This document shows positions 57,429 through 64,000 of a stretch of 64,000 nt of DNA, piece by piece; position 1 is the stretch's first letter, and each line of letters starts with the position of its first letter. Both the position numbers and the translations under genes were made by a program. The notes below the pieces were generated by a model. The model was given only the letters and a program-made list of their open reading frames with translations. It ran no database searches and was not told the DNA's origin. The stretch is taken from NCBI GenBank assembly GCA_002104945.1, contig MCFH01000097.1, positions 1 through 64,000 on the forward strand. The letters are read 5' to 3'. Source of the DNA: Piromyces finnis finn (lineage: Eukaryota > Fungi > Neocallimastigomycota).

Positions 57429-58183
57429 TCATTATTGTAGTTATTATTTTGAATATTACTATTATAATTATTATTTCTGTAGTTATTAGTATAATTTCTA
57501 TTATTATAATTTTTAAAACTATTTTGAGTAGTGTTATTGTTATTCATTCGGTTATAACTATTAAAATTATTTGAATATGCTCTATCATTATTTCTTTGAG
57601 CATTATTATCATTTGGAGACCTTCTAGAATTAATGGAAGTTCTTATTTTTGGTCTATTTTCTTCAACTATATTGAAAATTTTCTCTTTCTTAATAGTAAT
57701 GTTTCTGGCTTCTTCTAAACTTTTTGGTTCAGCTTCTAAAAGTGCTTCGTAAGTTTTAGTAAGGTTTCTAAAAGCATTAATATAGTAGGACAATATGATT
57801 TCATTTGACATTTTTAAGTTTGTTTTATTTATTAAAGAGTCAAATTTAATATTGAATTCAGATACACTTTCATTTTTCTTTATTGTAGTAGTAGACAATT
57901 CTAATAATCTAGAATTCTTTGGTACTGAACCTTTAAAATGACTTTTAAGGTTTTTGATGATGGTATTATAATCATCTGGTGTTTCTTTATTTAATGCATT
58001 AACTACAATTGTTCTAGCTGTACCTGTAGTTAATGATATAAGGTATTCTAACTTTTCTTGTTCTGGTGCCTTATATAAATTACACCAATGTTTGAAAGAA
58101 AATTCCCAATCATCAAATTCAACCTTTGTTGAACCCAAAATAGGTATTCTATTAAAGGTAATACCTTTAGTAGTATTATCCAT
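57429..58183 (-). pseudogene. gag: 5' part of element-3 gag, disrupted by the chromovirus insertion
   Basis: ORF 57416-58183 is truncated by the LTR junction (..NND|VKY*); the gag-like capsid sequence resumes in frame at 50534. Confidence 0.85.
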
Positions 58184-59521
58184 TATTACTTTTTATTTTT
58201 ATTTTATTTAATTTTATTTTAATATTTTATTTAAAAACTCAATTTTTATTTATTCTCAATAATTTAGTTATAAGAACAATAATATGTTTTTATTTACAAC
58301 AATCTTTATTTACAATAATTTAGTTATAAGTACAGTAATATGTTTTTATTTACAATAGTCTTTATTTACAATAATATAATTTTATTTACAGGTATTTTAT
58401 TTATTACTGTTATTAATAAAATATAATCTTATATAACGTTTATATAATGTAATATAAAAGGAGTAATTGGTTGTTGTTTGTAAACACTTGTAGACACTTG
58501 CTTTAGTTTTATTGTAATTAAGAAGATTTTATTTTTTTTGAGAAAATGTTAAGAATATATTTTATTTATATTAAGTTATTTATATATTAGTATTGTTAAA
58601 AAAAATATTTAATTTAGAGTAGGATGTTTATTTTTATTTCTTTATTATAAAGCAGAAAATAATATTGATTATGTTATTATAGTACCTTCAGAGTACCCGA
58701 CAGTTTCGTCACCGTGCCTTTCGACCTCCACTAACTAACCGTCATAAATATTAAGTGGTGTAATATTTACTTATTAGTTAGCGCTCTACTCCCCCACGAT
58801 ATGTGATAAAACTGCACTCTTACTAACTTACTATAAAACACTTTAATTATCTTAGTAATTAATTAACCGAAAAGATAAACAAAAGTTATTTTTCGCTGAA
58901 AATTAACTAAAAAGACAACTCAATATTATTGCTTTTATTATTTAAAATTTATAACAATACTTTTAATTTTATTTGACCGATGATTATATTTTATAATTAA
59001 ATAATTTTTATCTTTAATTTATAAATTATAATTATTAATTTATAATTATAATTTATGTATTTCTTTTTCTTTTTTTTAAAAAAAATAATTAAATATAAAA
59101 CTTTATTTACAGGATTTATTTTTCGCTTTTTAGTGCCTTACAACAATTTAATTAACCGGCAAAAGCTACTAACTAGAGGTGATATACTAGACCTCAAAAT
59201 AAATTTAAACTATATATTTTTATGTCGCTTTACCTTCACGACAAACCTTTAGCCTTCGGTGACTAAAGTTCCTTATTCGCCAGAGTTCACAAAAGTATTC
59301 AACTTGAGAGTCCTGTATTGCGTGCTTTTTATCACACTAACAATCCCTTCCCCCAAGTAAGCGTGCTATTCACACTCGTCCTACTTTTACAAATACTTCA
59401 GTGATTAACAGCTATAGTTTCTAACCAACTGAAACTAGTTAATTATACACTGAAACTCTGTATATGAGCTCTATACGTTCCTAGTATATTTTTACAAGTA
59501 TTTTTATTTATAAAGTTTTAT

Positions 59522-59564
<43 letters not shown>

Positions 59565-60153
59565 GTTTGTTTGGTGTATATATATTTTTTATATATATAT
59601 ACTTAAATCTTTATTTATTATTATTTTGATTTATTTTTATTATATATTTATTTTTATGTATATATATCTAATGTATATATACCTATTTTATTATTATAAT
59701 TAATTCTCTCAACTATCTTATTTATAATATTGTCAATCTATTTATCTAATAATTTTTCTATACTATTTTTTTTTTTTTTTTTTTTTTTTAATTCTTTTCT
59801 TATTTAAAATATCTATATATTTTATCTAATATATAATGTTTATATATCAATTTACTATATTAATACTATACTATTAAGTATTATAATTTATTTATTTTAT
59901 TTTAATATTGATTTAATAATATTTAAATAATATTTCAATATTGAATATTGATTTATTATTTTAATATTATTTTATTATTTAATAAGTTATAATTTCTAAA
60001 TAGATAAAATATTGAGAATATTTAACTATTCTGTTAACTATCTATTCTATACTATTATAACTTGATTATTTAATTAATTTCATAGAATATTTTACTATTC
60101 TATATGAAATTTTTATATAAAGAAAATTTTATATATTTACCTTATTTTGATTC

Positions 60154-60170
60154 TCCGGTTCGAAGGACCA
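60154..60170 (-). promoter_or_regulatory. PBS complementary to a tRNA-Tyr-type 3' end
   Basis: TGGTCCTTCGAACCGGA, 1 nt from the LTR; eukaryotic tRNA-Tyr starting CCTTCGA ends ..CCGG(C/T)TCGAAGGACCA. Confidence 0.75.
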
Positions 60171-60986
60171 TTGATATAATTTGATAATAATCTTAATTTT
60201 GAATTTTACTTCAAAAAGTGATTATTATATTATATCTTTTGTTATAACTATATAAGTTATATTGATTAAGATTTAAAATCGTTTTTATAAAAATTAATAA
60301 AATTGTTTTGTTAAAACACTAAATGGTTTTATTAGAAACACTTGTTTTTCTAATATTTAAATATTTAAAATTTTTATTTATTTAAGTATAAAAGTGATTA
60401 TTAAAATTATAAAATATTAATCTAACTATATAATATTTCTTTATTAATAATAATAATAATGATTAAAATAAGAATATTTACATGTATTTATATTTTCTTT
60501 TAAATTTAAACTATTTACATTAAAACAATAAAATTAATAACTATTTACAATAAAAATAATAAAAGTAATTAGAAATAACAATAAAAGAAATAATTAAAAG
60601 TTAAAGAATATAAAAAGTTGTTTATTTTACAATTAATTAAAGTAATAATTATTTTTAATGTTTTAATAAAGGTGTTTAATTATATTATTTTATAACATGA
60701 ATTATTATATTTGTTTACTTTTAAAGTGTAATTTACTAACGAAGTTATTAAATATTTAATTTAACAATTAATTTAACAAAAGTTATATATTTTGATCTCG
60801 ATTAATTAAAGTTTATTATTTTCTTTCAATAATCAAAATATATGCAGTGTTTAGGATTAATTTTATTTAAGAATTTTGGTAAAGTACTTAATTAAACTAT
60901 AACTTGTTTTAAGTTACTTTTATGGTTAACTTAAAAATCAGGTTTAATAATAATTTTATATTTATTAATTTCATTATTTATTAATG

Positions 60987-61577
60987 TGATAAGTGTTTAA
61001 TATTATCTTTATTTATAATTAAATAATTATAAAAGTGATAATATTCTTATCAATTTATATAAAAAAAAAGATTTAAAATAAATTTTTATTATAAAGTTAT
61101 TTGAAATATTTTAATTCGACATAACGATTATTAACAAAATATAAAAGTTATGTTTTAAAAACACAATTTTAAAATATATTTTTGAATCAACTCTTTATTT
61201 AATACATTTATTAAAAGTATTGATTGATTTTTAAATTAGGAAATAATTACATGTATTTATAATTTTCTTTCTGTTTTAACTTTTTAAAATAAAATATTAA
61301 TGTTTTAAAATAATAATGAATAATAAATAAAAGAAACAATTTATTTTAAAGTAATTAATTTAATTAATATAACACTATTTTACTATTTAAAATGTTATTT
61401 ATACTATGTTTATTTTATAACAAAAATATAATTTAAACTGAGTTTTAATAAATAATTTTTATACTTTTAATTAAACATTTAAATATTATTATTATTTATT
61501 ACTTATTTTTAAGTTGTTTTGAGGGTTAGTTTATATCAAGATTATAATTTCATATTTATTAATTTCATTATTTATCA
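60987..61577. mobile_element. LTR-like remnant sharing its terminus with element-3 LTRs
   Basis: Ends ATATTTATTAATTTCATTATTTATCA, as the element-3 LTR does; begins TGATAAG; no TSD could be confirmed. Confidence 0.45.
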
Positions 61578-61579
61578 TA

Positions 61580-62410
61580 TGTAATAATTATTATATATTT
61601 AATAATAATTATTATCTACAATATAATAATACAAATCGTAATATGTATTATTAAATTGAGAAGTTTCTTAATAGTAAATAAAAATGAATACTTATCTTAA
61701 AGAGTTTATTATAAGTGAATTATAATAACAAACACAAAATATTAAGACTATCTTTAATGTAAATATTTTTTATGAATATAGTTTTTGAAAGGGTTATTTA
61801 TTATAATTGTCTTAAAATAATAACTCTGGATTCTTTAGTGGAATTCCAGAGTCCTTATATTTATAATTTTTTGATAATTTAAAGTTTAATAAAGGATTTC
61901 TAATCTTAACAAATAATCTTTTTAGGAAAAGACTAGAAGAAAAACCTAAAAAGATATTCGATTGATAACTAATATATCAATCATCGTAATATTAAGTAAA
62001 ACCGATTAAAATTCGGAAAAACCTTAATATCCGATTGTCCTAATATGTATTTATATTTTCTAATTGTTTCTATAAGTTATTTCAAGATACGATACATAAA
62101 TATAAAATACAAACGTAAAATAAAATATATAATGTTTCTTATAAAATGTAATACAAAAATTATTAATTAAAAAATAAATGAATGTTTACTATTATTTTAA
62201 ATATATTACTAAATTAAATAAATAAATAATTAATATAGTAATTAAATAAATTTTAAATTAAGTAAATGAATAATTAATATCAATATAGATAAATGTTTAT
62301 AGTAATTTAAATGAATGTATGCTAATAGTTTAAATAAATAATTAATTTAATAATTAAAAAATAATTAAATAAGAATTAATTTATACAAAAAATAATTATT
62401 AATTCTTACA
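61580..62410 (-). mobile_element. 831-bp TG..CA-bounded LTR-derived element with 5-bp TSD
   Basis: Termini TGTAATAATT..AATTCTTACA; TCATA flanks both sides (61575-61579 and 62411-62415); internal leader-like stretch with hairpin ACTCTGGATTC..GAATTCCAGAGT. Confidence 0.6.
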
Positions 62411-62427
62411 TCATATTAACATATGAG

Positions 62428-62498
62428 GCGTTAATAGTATAGAGGTAGAATATTTGCCTTCCAAGCAAATGGCCCGGGTTCGATTCCCGGTTAACGCA
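62428..62498 (+). tRNA. tRNA-Gly (TCC)
   Basis: 71 nt; acceptor stem GCGTTAA/TTAACGC, anticodon arm TTTGC-CTTCCAA-GCAAA, T-arm CCGGG-TTCGATT-CCCGG, T-run downstream. Confidence 0.95.
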
Positions 62499-62579
62499 TA
62501 AATATTTTTTAAAAAATTCAAATTCCTATTGGATAGTTTTTTTTTTTTTTTTTTGTAAATCATAATTAATTTTGCATAA

Positions 62580-62950
62580 TAGACTCACCTCCAATTCTCC
62601 TTAAGGATAATATTTCAAAACTTTCTAGTGACTGGGATTCTCATTTTGATGGTTTAAAAGCCCACTTAGTCAAAGCTAAAGAAGATTTCAAGAAATTCGG
62701 TAATCCAAAAAAATCTACTGGTTCTGACTTTAAAGTGAATGACATGGTTTAACTAAAGAGATACTATTTTTCCAATGAACCTTCTAAAAAATTATCTTCA
62801 CAATATTTAGGGCTATTTAAAATCATTGAGAAGAGGGAAAGAATGAATAACCACCTGGAGTTGCCAGAAAACTTACACCTTCAACCTATATTTCATATCT
62901 CACAATTAGAACCATGTGTAAAAAGGAATCCTGAACTTAAAGAATCATTT
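62580..62950 (+). pseudogene. Degenerate chromovirus-type integrase C-terminus
   Basis: Translates ..KAKEDFKKF..FKVNDMV*LK..SKKLSSQYLGLFKII..HLELP..HLQPIFHISQLEP.. (decayed GPY/F module), followed by PPT GAAGAGGAGCAA. Confidence 0.75.
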
Positions 62951-62962
62951 GAAGAGGAGCAA

Positions 62963-63316
62963 TGTAAGAATTAATATTAAATTACTTAATATTCATTCTT
63001 AGTTATATTATGTAATTAAACATTATATAAAAATTTATTGAATTTATTTAATATATATTTATTTATTCATTAATATAATATAGTAAGTTTACTTAATGCA
63101 TTAACTACTTATTCATTTAATTACATTATAAATATTTATTTAAAATATATTTATTCATTCATTTAAATAATATAGTAAATTTATTTAATACATTGGTTTT
63201 ACGTATATTTAGTTTAATTAATAGTATTTATTTAGAGATTAATAATCCATTTCCATTTATTTATTTATTAGTAAAATTATTATACAAAAATTTCACAAAT
63301 TATAAATTATGTAACA
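62963..63316 (+). mobile_element. 3' LTR of the degenerate element
   Basis: TGTAAGAATT start directly after the PPT; ends TGTAACA; start resembles the reverse complement of the 62410 terminus. Confidence 0.55.
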
Positions 63317-63519
<203 letters not shown>

Positions 63520-63592
63520 GGTCATAATGCTCTAACCCTACTTATTAATAACATTATTTTAAACACAAATAAATAATTAAATTAGTACTAAA

Positions 63593-63700
63593 GTATTTAT
63601 ATAAATTATTAATTTTAAAATTATAAATGTAAACAAGAAACTACTATGTATTTATATAAATTATTAATTTTAAAATTATAAATGTAAACAAGAAACTACT
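63593..63700. repeat. 55-bp tandem duplication within an LTR-like relic
   Basis: GTATTTATATAAATTATTAATTTTAAAATTATAAATGTAAACAAGAAACTACT occurs twice in tandem. Confidence 0.85.
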
Positions 63701-64000
63701 TATTTATTTATTAATTAATTAAATAGCTAATTAATTGTTTATTAATATAATACTTTAAAATAATATAAATGTATAAATAGTGTTAGAATTACTTTATTTT
63801 AAAAATTGTTCCTAATAATCCGTCAAAATTAGATATATTATATTAAATTTATTAAATGGTTCCTAATAATCCAGTAAAATTAGATATATAATTTATATAA
63901 AATAATATTTGTAATTATAATAATACACATACGAGATGTATTGAATAATAATAATATATATATATATTTAATAATACAAGAGTTATTAAATATTAAAACT

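Larger units (their letters stand above)
45030..60983 (-). mobile_element. Ty3/Gypsy element 3, with a solo LTR nested in its 3' LTR and a chromovirus nested in gag
   Basis: 812-bp LTRs at 60172-60983 and 45030-46462 (812 bp once the nested 616-bp LTR and 5-bp TSD are removed). 4-bp TSD ATGT, tRNA-Tyr-type PBS at 60154-60170, PPT at 46463-46477. Confidence 0.9.

Overview
Very AT-rich eukaryotic genomic DNA with short GT-AG introns and Asn-rich proteins, most consistent with an anaerobic gut fungus (Neocallimastigomycota; an inference, not proven). Bases 1-32,000 hold ordinary host genes: a C2H2 zinc-finger factor, an APH/EcKL-type kinase, an Ede1/Eps15 EH-domain protein, a Cid1-like nucleotidyltransferase, an Efm3/EEF2KMT methyltransferase, riboflavin synthase, a long-chain acyl-CoA synthetase and a bZIP factor. 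Two intergenic ~535-bp elements there have tRNA(Ala-AGC)-like heads, A-rich tails and 12-14 bp target-site duplications (TSDs), i.e. a SINE family. Bases 33,000-64,000 are a nested Ty3/Gypsy LTR-retrotransposon cluster that runs up to a tRNA-Gly(TCC) gene. It contains two tRNA-primed gag/pol elements with matching slippery-site + pseudoknot -1 frameshift signals, one recent full-length chromovirus with a Tf1-type self-priming signal inserted into the gag of another element, several solo LTRs, and an LTR family carrying an internal Pol III A/B-box promoter. All alignments, structures and splice calls were made by eye; no searches were run.
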